In this document: piece after piece, positions 1 to 8,072 of the stretch
How the letters are laid out: each line of letters begins with the position of its first letter
Numbering within the stretch: position 1 is the stretch's first letter
NCBI GenBank assembly: GCA_031459535.1
Contig: JAVKIJ010000083.1
Span: 1-12,850 of the forward strand
Length of the DNA: 12,850 nt
Reading direction: 5' to 3'
Source: Candidatus Fervidifonticultor quintus
Lineage (GTDB): Bacteria > Sysuimicrobiota > Sysuimicrobiia > Sysuimicrobiales > Humicultoraceae
The notes under the pieces: generated by a model
Told to the model about the DNA's origin: nothing
Database searches by the model: none
The model's input: only the letters and a program-made list of their open reading frames with translations
Made by a program: the position numbers and the translations under genes

Positions 1-1
1 G

Positions 2-967
2 CCGGGCCGCGCCGATGTGCTGATCAGGGTGGCCGCCGGCGGGATCTGCGGTACCGACCTCCCCATCTACCGGTGGGACCCGTGGGCCCAATCGCGCATC
101 CGACCGCCCCGCATCATCGGTCATGAGTTCTGCGGCACCGTGGCGGCGATCGGGGCCGATGTGACCGCGGTGGCCGTGGGTGACCGCGTCGCGGGTGAGT
201 GCCACATTGCCTGCGGGTGGTGCAGCCGCTGCCGGCACGGCCAGGCTCATATCTGCGAACGGCTTGAGATCGTCGGCGTCGATCGGGACGGTGCCTTCGC
301 CGAGTACGTGGTGCTGCCGGCGACGAACGCCTGGCGCCTGGACCCGGCGATCCCGCTGGAGATCGCCGCCATCATGGACCCGTTGGGCAACGCCGTGCAC
401 ACCGCGCTCGCGACGGACATCACCACGAAGGCCGTGGCAATTACGGGCTGCGGCCCCATCGGGCTGATGGCCATCCCCGTCTGCCGGATGGCTGGCGCCG
501 CGCTGGTGGTGGCCTCGGACGTGCGGCCCGGCCGGCTGGCGCTGGCCCGTCGCATGGGTGCGGATGTGACCATGGACGCCCGTGGTGAGGACGTGGTGAA
601 GCGCATCCGCCGCCTCACCGACGGGCAGGGCGCCGACGCCGTCCTGGAGATGTCGGGACATCCTGCCGGCATCCGCGATGCGCTGCGGGCCGTGCGCAGC
701 GGGGGATGGGTGGGCCTGCTGGGTCTGCCGAGCGCGCCGGTGGAGCTCGACCTGGCCAACGACATCATCTTCAAGGCTGTGCGGGTCGAGGGCATCTTCG
801 GCCGGCGCCTGTGGCAGACCTGGGAGCAGATGACGGTGTTGCTCAAGCGCGGGCTCGACATCTCGCCTGTCATCACCCACCGGTTCCCCCTGGAGCGCTT
901 CGAGGAGGCCTTCGCGCTGCTGGAGTCCGGTGAGGCCGGGAAGGTGATTCTGACCATTGAGTCCTGA
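2..967 (+). CDS. tdh: L-threonine 3-dehydrogenase (Zn-dependent MDR family), 5'-truncated by the window edge
   Basis: The frame is open from base 2 (PGRADVLIRV...). Motifs: catalytic Zn GICGTD and GHEFCG, structural Zn CGWCSRC...C, DPLGNAVHT, NAD-binding GCGPIG, GIFGRRLWQTW. Lies directly upstream of kbl, the usual tdh-kbl pairing. Confidence 0.92.
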   Translation, partial: PGRADVLIRVAAGGICGTDLPIYRWDPWAQSRIRPPRIIGHEFCGTVAAIGADVTAVAVGDRVAGECHIACGWCSRCRHGQAHICERLEIVGVDRDGAFAEYVVLPATNAWRLDPAIPLEIAAIMDPLGNAVHTALATDITTKAVAITGCGPIGLMAIPVCRMAGAALVVASDVRPGRLALARRMGADVTMDARGEDVVKRIRRLTDGQGADAVLEMSGHPAGIRDALRAVRSGGWVGLLGLPSAPVELDLANDIIFKAVRVEGIFGRRLWQTWEQMTVLLKRGLDISPVITHRFPLERFEEAFALLESGEAGKVILTIES

Positions 968-2153
968 GCGTGCCTCTCCCCTGGGTTTCATCGAAGACGA
1001 ACTGCACGACCTGCGGGCGCGGGGTCTGTGGCGCTGGCCCCGGGTGCTGGAAGGCGCGCAGGAGCCCGTGGCGCGCTACGACGGCCGCGAGGTCATCAAC
1101 CTCTGCTCGAACAACTACCTGGGACTGGCCACGCACCCCGCGTTGAAGGCGGCCGCCCTGGAAGCGGTGGCCACCTACGGAGTGGGTTCCGGGGCCGTGC
1201 GGACCATCGCCGGCAACATGGCGATCCACCAGCAGCTCGAAGCCGAACTGGCGACCTTCAAGCACACCGAGGCGGTCCTGCTCTACCAGTCAGGCTTCAC
1301 GGCCAACGCGGGCACGGTAGCGGCTCTGCTGGGTAAGGAGGACGTGGTGGTCAGCGACGAGCTGAACCACGCCAGCATCATCGACGGCTGCCGGCTCTCG
1401 GGCGCCCAGAAGAAGATCTTCCCGCACAAGGATGTGGCCGCGGCGCGGGCGCTGCTGGCCTCCTCGCGCGGCGCCCGGCGCGTGCTCCTCATCACCGACG
1501 GGGTCTTCAGCATGGACGGCGATATCGCCCCCCTGCCGGACCTGGTGGAGGCTGCCGAGGAGTTCGGCGCCATCATGATGGTGGACGATGCCCACGCCAG
1601 CGGGGTGCTCGGCCGCGACGGCCGCGGGACGGTGGACCACTTCGGGGTGCACGGCCGCGTCCACATTCAGGTCGGCACCCTGTCCAAGGCGTTCGCGGGC
1701 CTGGGAGGCTATGTGGCCGGCAGCCGGGCGCTCATCGACTATCTGATGTGCCGGGCTCGGCCGCTGCTGTTCTCGACCTCGCACCCGCCGTCAGTGGCTG
1801 CCTCGGCGCTGGCCGCGGTGCGCCTCGTGCAACAGCACCCGGAACTGATCTCCAGGCTGTGGGAGAACACGACGTTCTTCAAGCAGGGGCTGCGCCGCCT
1901 GGGATTCGATACAGGGCAGAGTGAGACGCCCATCACCCCGGTCATCGTCGGCGATGAGCGCCGCGCCATGGAGCTGTCCGATCGCCTGTTCGAAGAAGGT
2001 GTCTTCGCCCTGGGCATCGCGTTCCCCACCGTGCCCCGGGGCCGAGCCCGTGTGCGCACCATCGTCACCGCCGCGCACACTCGGGAGCACCTCGAGCGCG
2101 CGCTGGAGGCCTTTGCCCGTGCCGGCCGCGCCGTGGGAGTGACTGGGACCTGA
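957..2153 (+). CDS. kbl: Glycine C-acetyltransferase (2-amino-3-ketobutyrate CoA ligase), PLP-dependent AONS/KBL family
   Basis: Motifs NLCSNNYLGLA, SDELNHASIIDGCRLS, TDGVFSMDGDIA, DDAH and GTLSKAF (PLP lysine). TTG start overlaps the tdh end by 11 nt, with GGAAGG upstream. The tdh context favours kbl over bioF. Confidence 0.88.
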   Translation: MSPERASPLGFIEDELHDLRARGLWRWPRVLEGAQEPVARYDGREVINLCSNNYLGLATHPALKAAALEAVATYGVGSGAVRTIAGNMAIHQQLEAELATFKHTEAVLLYQSGFTANAGTVAALLGKEDVVVSDELNHASIIDGCRLSGAQKKIFPHKDVAAARALLASSRGARRVLLITDGVFSMDGDIAPLPDLVEAAEEFGAIMMVDDAHASGVLGRDGRGTVDHFGVHGRVHIQVGTLSKAFAGLGGYVAGSRALIDYLMCRARPLLFSTSHPPSVAASALAAVRLVQQHPELISRLWENTTFFKQGLRRLGFDTGQSETPITPVIVGDERRAMELSDRLFEEGVFALGIAFPTVPRGRARVRTIVTAAHTREHLERALEAFARAGRAVGVTGT

Positions 2154-3397
2154 CGAGGCGGTCGCGGGCGTTCGGGCCCCTCCCGACACCGGCCGAGGCC
2201 CGGTCGCGCTATCTTGCCGCGCTCGCGCTCGCCCCTCGCGGGACTGAGCGGGTCCCCATCGCCGAGGCCCTGGGTCGGGTGCTGGCCGAGGACGTCGTGG
2301 CGGCGATTGACCTCCCGCCCTTCGAGCGATCGGCGGTCGATGGCTGGGCCGTGCGGGCGGCGGATACAGCGTCCGCAGCCCCTGACCTGCCCGTGCGGCT
2401 CCGGGTCGCGGGAGAGGTGGACATGGGGGCGGCACCCGCCGTGGTCGTCGCTCCCGGCACGGCCGTCCGCGTGCCGACCGGGGGCATGCTCCCGCCGGGC
2501 GCCGACGCCGTCGTCATGCAGGAGGATGTCCTCGAAGAGGACGGCCACGTTCACGTCCGCGGGGCCGCGCGCGCTGGCGGAAACGTGATTCCCCGCGGCC
2601 TGGACGTACGCGCCGGAGAAGTGGTGCTGGCGCGGGGTCGGCGGTTGCGCCCGGCGGACCTGGGCGTCCTCGTCGGCGAGGGACTGACCCACGTGGCGGT
2701 CTACCGGCCGCCCCGCGTGGCCATCGTGGCCACGGGCGATGAGGTGGTCCCGGCTGGCGCTCCGCTGGGGCCCGGCCAGGTACGCGACACCAACAGCGTC
2801 GCGCTGGCCGGTGCCGTGCGAGAGGCAGGAGGGCATCCCGTCCAGCTCGGCATTGTTCCAGACGAGCTGGACGCCACGGTGGCCGCGTTGCGTCAGGCGC
2901 TGGATGGTCACGACATGATCGTGATCACCGGCGGGTCATCCGTGGGAGCCCGCGATATCGTCGGCCCGGCCATCGCGGCCCTTGGCCCGCCCGGGATCAT
3001 CGTCCACGGAATCGCCGTGCGCCCTGGAAAGCCCACGATTCTGGCGGCGTCGGGTCGAGTGCCGGTGATCGGCCTGCCGGGCAACCCGGTTTCAGCGTTG
3101 GTGATCTTCGAACTGTTCGCGAAGCCCGTGCTGAACCAACTCGCCGGACTTGACCCCTCCTCCGGGCCGTGGCGACTGACGCGGGCCAGGCTGGCCGCAC
3201 CCCTCCAGCCCGCCCCGGGCCGCGAAGACCACCGCCGGGTGCGGCTCGAAGCACGTCCCGACGGATGGTGGGCTGTTCCGCTGCCGGCAGGTTCACAGGT
3301 GTTGACCTCGCTGGTCCGTGCGCACGGCATCGTGGCCGTGCCGGCCGGTGGGGGATACGACCGCGGTGACGAGGTGGAGGTGTATCTGCTGGGATGA
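2150..3397 (+). CDS. moeA: Molybdopterin molybdenumtransferase MoeA (gephyrin E-domain family)
   Basis: Motifs [71 protein letters not shown]. MoeA-like sequence continues in frame upstream of the ORF-track start (2279). The start given here is the CTG at 2150, overlapping the kbl TGA; it is inferred. Confidence 0.9.
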   Translation: MTRRSRAFGPLPTPAEARSRYLAALALAPRGTERVPIAEALGRVLAEDVVAAIDLPPFERSAVDGWAVRAADTASAAPDLPVRLRVAGEVDMGAAPAVVVAPGTAVRVPTGGMLPPGADAVVMQEDVLEEDGHVHVRGAARAGGNVIPRGLDVRAGEVVLARGRRLRPADLGVLVGEGLTHVAVYRPPRVAIVATGDEVVPAGAPLGPGQVRDTNSVALAGAVREAGGHPVQLGIVPDELDATVAALRQALDGHDMIVITGGSSVGARDIVGPAIAALGPPGIIVHGIAVRPGKPTILAASGRVPVIGLPGNPVSALVIFELFAKPVLNQLAGLDPSSGPWRLTRARLAAPLQPAPGREDHRRVRLEARPDGWWAVPLPAGSQVLTSLVRAHGIVAVPAGGGYDRGDEVEVYLLG

Positions 3398-3882
3398 AGG
3401 GGTTGACACATCTCGACCGCCGCGGTCGGGCCCGCATGGTGGATGTCTCCGGCAAGCCTCCCACCGCCCGTGAGGCGGTCGCACGGGCCCTGGTGCGCAT
3501 GCGGCCGCAGACGCTGGCATTGATCCGGCAGAAGCGGATCGTCAAGGGCAGTGTGCTGGAGGTGGCCCAGCTCGCGGGCATCATGGCCGCGAAGCGCACG
3601 GCCGAGCTGATTCCGCTCTGTCATCCCATCGCCCTGACCGATGTCCAGGTGCGGGTGGTGCCCGCCCCTGATGCCGGTGGCGTGGCCATTGAGGCCACGG
3701 CGCGCACCGTGGACCGGACGGGCGTCGAGATGGAAGCCCTGGTGGCAGCCAGCGTGGCGGCCCTGACGGTCTACGATATGTGCAAGGCCCGGGACCGCGG
3801 CATGCTCATTGATGCGGTACGACTGGTGCGCAAGCGCGGCGGACGCAGCGGCGAGTACCGCCGGCCCGGCGAGCCGCCGTGA
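3394..3882 (+). CDS. moaC: Cyclic pyranopterin monophosphate synthase MoaC
   Basis: Motifs [61 protein letters not shown] overlap with moeA. Confidence 0.96.
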   Translation: MKGLTHLDRRGRARMVDVSGKPPTAREAVARALVRMRPQTLALIRQKRIVKGSVLEVAQLAGIMAAKRTAELIPLCHPIALTDVQVRVVPAPDAGGVAIEATARTVDRTGVEMEALVAASVAALTVYDMCKARDRGMLIDAVRLVRKRGGRSGEYRRPGEPP

Positions 3883-4439
3883 CGCCGGTTGGAACTCAGC
3901 CAGCCGGATCAGACCGCGCCCTGGCCGGCGTGAGGGTCGCCGTGCTCACGCTCTCCGATACCGTGGCCGCCGGACGCGGCCGCGATGACAGCGGCGACCT
4001 CATCGTCTCCGCCCTCGAGGTGCGCGGCGCAACCATCGTTGCCCGCCAGGTGCTGGGCGACGATCGTGATGCGATCGTGCGGGCGCTGGTGCGATATGCC
4101 GACGAGGACCGCGCCGCGCTGGTCCTGACCACCGGGGGCAGCGGCCTGGGGCCCCGCGACGTGACCCCCGAGGCGACCCTGGCCGTGGTCGACCGTCTGG
4201 CGCCTGGATTCGTGGAGGCGGCTCGCATGCGTACCCTGGCACACACGCCCATGGCGATGCTCTCTCGCGCGGTGGCCGGCGTGCGGGGCCAGACGCTCAT
4301 CATCAATCTCCCCGGCAGCCCGAAGGCTGTGGCGGAGTGGCTGGAGGTCTTGCTGCCCGTGCTGCCGCACGCGATCCGCACGCTGCGCGGCGAGGGCGGC
4401 CCGTGGGGAACGGACCACCGTTCGGAGCTCGGGCAGTAG
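3879..4439 (+). CDS. MoaB/MogA family molybdopterin adenylyltransferase
   Basis: Motifs [52 protein letters not shown] overlap with moaC. moaB and mog cannot be told apart by eye. Confidence 0.9.
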   Translation: MTPVGTQPAGSDRALAGVRVAVLTLSDTVAAGRGRDDSGDLIVSALEVRGATIVARQVLGDDRDAIVRALVRYADEDRAALVLTTGGSGLGPRDVTPEATLAVVDRLAPGFVEAARMRTLAHTPMAMLSRAVAGVRGQTLIINLPGSPKAVAEWLEVLLPVLPHAIRTLRGEGGPWGTDHRSELGQ

Positions 4440-4440
4440 T

Positions 4441-4456
4441 CCGCCGCTTCCGGCGG
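4441..4456 (+). terminator. GC-rich hairpin just after the Moco genes (possible terminator or mRNA 3' protector)
   Basis: CCGCCG-CTTC-CGGCGG begins 2 nt after the moaB/mog stop. There is no U-tract, so terminator function is uncertain. Confidence 0.3.
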
Positions 4457-4584
4457 CCGCTCCCACCCTCAGGGGAAGATCGGTTCCGAAACCGATAGCC
4501 CGCGCATTGCCCCGGCGGTTATGGTGGGGATGGTGTGTTTGCGTCGCGCGTACCCGCCACAGCGCACCGATCCGGAGGAACAGC

Positions 4585-6294
4585 GTGCGCACGTATACCC
4601 ATGACGTGCTGATCCTGGGCAGCGGCCTGGCCGGGCTCCGCGCCGCACTGGAGGTCATGCGCACTGCGCGCGGCGAGCTCGACATGGCCATCCTCTCCAA
4701 GGCGCAACTGATGCGGGCGCACTCGGTGTGCGCCGAAGGCGGCACCGCCGCGGTCTTGCGCCCAGAGGACGGCGACAGCATGGATCTCCACGCCTGGGAC
4801 ACGGTGAAGGGCGCCGACTTCCTGGCCGATCAGGACGTGGTCTGGCGCTTCGTCGAGGCATCCCCCCGGGAGATCCTTCAGCTCGACCACTGGGGTACGC
4901 CCTGGTCCCGCCAACAGGACGGCCGCCTTGACCAGCGGCCCTTCGGCGGTCACAGCTATCCGCGTGCGACCTTTGCCGCCGACAAGACCGGGTTCTTCGA
5001 GATGCAGACGCTGTACGACACGCTGCAGCGCTATCCGCGCCTGGCCCGGTATGAGGAGTGGGTGGCCACGCGCATGTTCCTTCGCGATGGTGCCTTCGCC
5101 GGGGTGGTCGCGTGGAGCCTGACGACCGGCGAGCTGGCGCTGATCAGGGCCAGAGCGGCCATTGTTGCCACCGGCGGGTTCTGCCGGCTGTTCGGCTTTA
5201 CCACGTATTCCCACTCGGTGACCGGTGACGGCCTGGCCATGGCCTACCGGGCCGGCCTGCCCCTGAAGGACATGGAGTTCGTCCAGTTCCACCCCACCGG
5301 GCTGGTGCCATCCGGCATCCTGATCACCGAGGCCGCCCGCGGCGAGGGAGGGTATCTGCGCAACAGCGAAGGCCGCCGCTTCATGGAGGACTACGCGGCC
5401 AAAATGATGGAGCTGGCTCCCCGCGACATCATCAGCCGGGCCGAGATGACCGAGATCGAGTCCGGCCGCGGGTTCGTACACCCAAGCGGCCTGGGCCACG
5501 TGCAGCTCGATCTCACTCACCTGGGCCGCGACCGGATCCTAGAACGCCTCCCGCTCATCCGTGAGGTCGCTATCAAGTTCAACGGCATTGACCCCGTTGA
5601 GGGTCCTTTGCCGGTGCGACCTGCTGCGCACTACTCCATGGGCGGCATCGCCTGCGACATCGACGGCCGGGTCACAGAGGGCCTGTGGGCCGCCGGTGAG
5701 GCGGCCTGCATGTCGTTGCACGGCGCCAACCGGCTGGGCACCAACTCTACCGCGGAGTGCCTGGTCTGGGGAGCCATCACCGGACGCGAGGCCGCCCGGT
5801 GGGCCCAGGCGCACCGGGCGATTCCGGACGCGCCGATTGCCGAGGCAGAGGAGGAGCAGGCGCGCCTGACGCGGATCCTCCAGTCGCGCGGCCGGGAGAA
5901 CCAGTACGATATCCGCCGGCGCCTGCGGCAGCTCATGGATGAGAAGGTCGGCGTGTTCCGCACGGGCCAGGGCTTGCAGGAGGCCCTGGACGAGGTGCGC
6001 CACCTGCGGGCCCAGGCAGCCGAGATCCACCTGGACGACCGGAGCTGGATCTACAACACCGACCTGGTCTCGGCCTTGGAGCTGGAGAACCTGCTGGATC
6101 TGGCGGAAGTGGTGATCTGTGGGGCCCTGGCCCGGACCGAGTCGCGCGGGGCGCATGCGCGGCGCGACTTCCCAGCGCGCGACGATGAGCGCTGGCTCGT
6201 GCATACCATGGCGTATGCCACGCCCCGGGGCCCAAGGTTGGAGTACCAGCCGGTGACCATCACGACCTGGAAGCCGGTGGAGCGCAAGTACTGA
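4585..6294 (+). CDS. sdhA: Succinate dehydrogenase/fumarate reductase flavoprotein subunit
   Basis: FAD-binding DVLILGSGLAGLRAA, covalent-FAD His motif RAHSVCAEGG, QFHPTG, LITEAARGEGG, ELAPRD, HYSMGG, HGANRLG, RTESRGAH. Start moved from 4507 to the GTG at 4585, which has SD GGAGGA at 4574-4579. Catalytic direction (sdh or frd) cannot be determined. Confidence 0.93.
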   Translation: MRTYTHDVLILGSGLAGLRAALEVMRTARGELDMAILSKAQLMRAHSVCAEGGTAAVLRPEDGDSMDLHAWDTVKGADFLADQDVVWRFVEASPREILQLDHWGTPWSRQQDGRLDQRPFGGHSYPRATFAADKTGFFEMQTLYDTLQRYPRLARYEEWVATRMFLRDGAFAGVVAWSLTTGELALIRARAAIVATGGFCRLFGFTTYSHSVTGDGLAMAYRAGLPLKDMEFVQFHPTGLVPSGILITEAARGEGGYLRNSEGRRFMEDYAAKMMELAPRDIISRAEMTEIESGRGFVHPSGLGHVQLDLTHLGRDRILERLPLIREVAIKFNGIDPVEGPLPVRPAAHYSMGGIACDIDGRVTEGLWAAGEAACMSLHGANRLGTNSTAECLVWGAITGREAARWAQAHRAIPDAPIAEAEEEQARLTRILQSRGRENQYDIRRRLRQLMDEKVGVFRTGQGLQEALDEVRHLRAQAAEIHLDDRSWIYNTDLVSALELENLLDLAEVVICGALARTESRGAHARRDFPARDDERWLVHTMAYATPRGPRLEYQPVTITTWKPVERKY

Positions 6295-6316
6295 CAGACG
6301 GAGGCAGAGGAGGAGC

Positions 6317-6781
6317 ATGGCCTCGCACAGCGCTGTGTCGGTGGATCGCAAGGTGCCCCCGCGCGCAGGCGGCCGTCTGGGTCTGCGCGGTTGGGTCTAT
6401 GCGGGCCGCTACCCGATCGAACGCTATCTGTACACCCTGCACCGCGCGACGGGACTGGGGCTGATCGTGTACCTGCCGCTCCATGTCTGGGTCACCGGTC
6501 GGCGACTGGCCGGGCCGGACGTCTGGGAACAGACGATCGCGACGCTTCGACACCCGGTGCTGGTGGCAGGCGAGTTCCTCGTGCTCGTGGGATTCGTCTT
6601 TCACGCCCTCAACGGCGTCAGGCTCCTGCTCGGCCACCTGGGCTACACCCTGGGCCGGCCGGGTCATCCGGTCTATCCGTACGCCGTCGCGCTGCACCGG
6701 CAGAGGCCCCTGACGGTGGCGTTGATGGTGCTGGCCGGCGTGTTCATCGCCCTCGGCGCCTGGGGATTCGTGACGCGATGA
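6317..6781 (+). CDS. sdhC: Succinate dehydrogenase/fumarate reductase cytochrome b membrane anchor, SdhC-like
   Basis: LHRATG motif, LHVW, FHALNGVR, three hydrophobic segments. SD GAGGAGG. Confidence 0.85.
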   Translation: MASHSAVSVDRKVPPRAGGRLGLRGWVYAGRYPIERYLYTLHRATGLGLIVYLPLHVWVTGRRLAGPDVWEQTIATLRHPVLVAGEFLVLVGFVFHALNGVRLLLGHLGYTLGRPGHPVYPYAVALHRQRPLTVALMVLAGVFIALGAWGFVTR

Positions 6782-6809
6782 GGGACCGCGACGCGGGGAG
6801 GGAGGCCAC

Positions 6810-7184
6810 GTGAGGGAGTCCAGGCTCTGGGCGCTGCATCTGCTGGCGGGGGCCGCGCTGCTGGTCTTGTTAGGCATCCACATGGCCATCATGCACTACG
6901 ATGTCGTTCTCCAATTTCTCGGCGCCGCGCACGAGCCGGTCCTGACGTTTGGAGCCGTGCTCGCCCGGGACCGCGACGCCGTCATGCGGGTGTTGTACGT
7001 GCTCCTCCTGGGCTGCGCGTTGTATCACGGACTGTACGGTCTCCGCGGCATCCTCCGGGAGATCTGGCCGTCGGAGCGGGCCGGCCGGGCAGTAGCTGCC
7101 GCGGTGGTCATCGTGGGCTTGGTGGTGTTCGTCTACGGCGTGGCCGTAGTGGCGGAAGCGGGACGGCGGGCGGCCGTCCTGTGA
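6810..7184 (+). CDS. sdhD: Succinate dehydrogenase/fumarate reductase hydrophobic anchor, SdhD-like
   Basis: WALHLLAG, GIHMAIMH, LYHGLYGLRGIL, three hydrophobic segments. SD GGAGG at 6801-6805. Confidence 0.82.
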   Translation: MRESRLWALHLLAGAALLVLLGIHMAIMHYDVVLQFLGAAHEPVLTFGAVLARDRDAVMRVLYVLLLGCALYHGLYGLRGILREIWPSERAGRAVAAAVVIVGLVVFVYGVAVVAEAGRRAAVL

Positions 7185-7197
7185 TGGAGAGTTCGTC

Positions 7198-8031
7198 ATG
7201 GGCGTAGCGGCGAGCGCGCGCGGAGCGACGACGCTGACCGTCAGGGTCAGGCGATACCAGCCCGACGGCGATGGCGGCCAGCGCACGGACACATGGACGA
7301 TTCCGGCATCGCCGGGCATGACGGTGCTGGACGCGTTGTTTGCCGTCAAGGAGCACCACGACGGCTCGCTGGCCTTCCGGTGTTCTTGCCGGATGGGCGT
7401 ATGCGGGTCGTGCGGCATGATGATCAACGGCAAGCCGCAGCTGGCCTGCAACACCCAGGTGAGCGCGCTGGGCCCTCTCATTGAGGTCAGCCCGCTGCCG
7501 AACCACGATGTGATCAAGGACCTCGTGCCCGAGCTGGCCGCGACCTTCGCCCGGCACGCGTCTGTGCGGCCGTACATCATTCGCCGCGATGCCGCAGAGC
7601 TGGACGCCCCGACTCGGGAGTTCCGCCAGACGCCCGAGGAGTTGCTCAGGTATGTGCAGTTCAGCTACTGCCTGAAGTGCAGCCTCTGCCTGGCCGCCTG
7701 TCCCACGGAAGCCAAGGCCGCGGCGTTCCTTGGGCCGCAGGCACTGGCGGCCGCGTATCGCTATACCGCTGACAGCCGCGACGAGGGCCTGGACGATCGC
7801 GCCCGCATCGTGGACGCCGTGGGGGGTGTGTTTGGCTGCCACCTGGCCGGCGCGTGCAGCGAGGCGTGCCCCAAGGGCGTGGATCCGGCCCTGGCGATCC
7901 AACTGCTCAAACGCGCGTTGTTGTTCGGTCCGCCGCATCGCGCGGCGGCAGAGGTCGTGCCCGCCGTGCCGGAGGAGTACCGGACGGCCAGGGCGGAGTC
8001 GATCCCCAAGGCGCCCGCACCCAGCGTGTAG
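7198..8031 (+). CDS. sdhB: Succinate dehydrogenase/fumarate reductase iron-sulfur subunit
   Basis: [2Fe-2S] motif SCRMGVCGSC...LACNT, VIKDLV, [4Fe-4S] motif CLKCSLCLAACP, [3Fe-4S] motif CHLAGACSEACPKG. Confidence 0.93.
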   Translation: MGVAASARGATTLTVRVRRYQPDGDGGQRTDTWTIPASPGMTVLDALFAVKEHHDGSLAFRCSCRMGVCGSCGMMINGKPQLACNTQVSALGPLIEVSPLPNHDVIKDLVPELAATFARHASVRPYIIRRDAAELDAPTREFRQTPEELLRYVQFSYCLKCSLCLAACPTEAKAAAFLGPQALAAAYRYTADSRDEGLDDRARIVDAVGGVFGCHLAGACSEACPKGVDPALAIQLLKRALLFGPPHRAAAEVVPAVPEEYRTARAESIPKAPAPSV

Positions 8032-8072
8032 ACGTTCGGCGCTGGCAGGGGCGCAAGGAGGGCTACGCAACG

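Noticed and set aside
4440-4584. Moco/Wco riboswitch near the Moco genes
   Set aside because: This intergenic region is downstream of the Moco genes and I cannot match it to the Moco RNA motif; moeA has no leader space.
4507-4584. 26-aa N-terminal extension of SdhA as a possible Tat signal (MPRRLWW...)
   Set aside because: No SD before TTG 4507 and no convincing hydrophobic core. GTG 4585 has a strong SD and directly precedes the FAD-binding strand.
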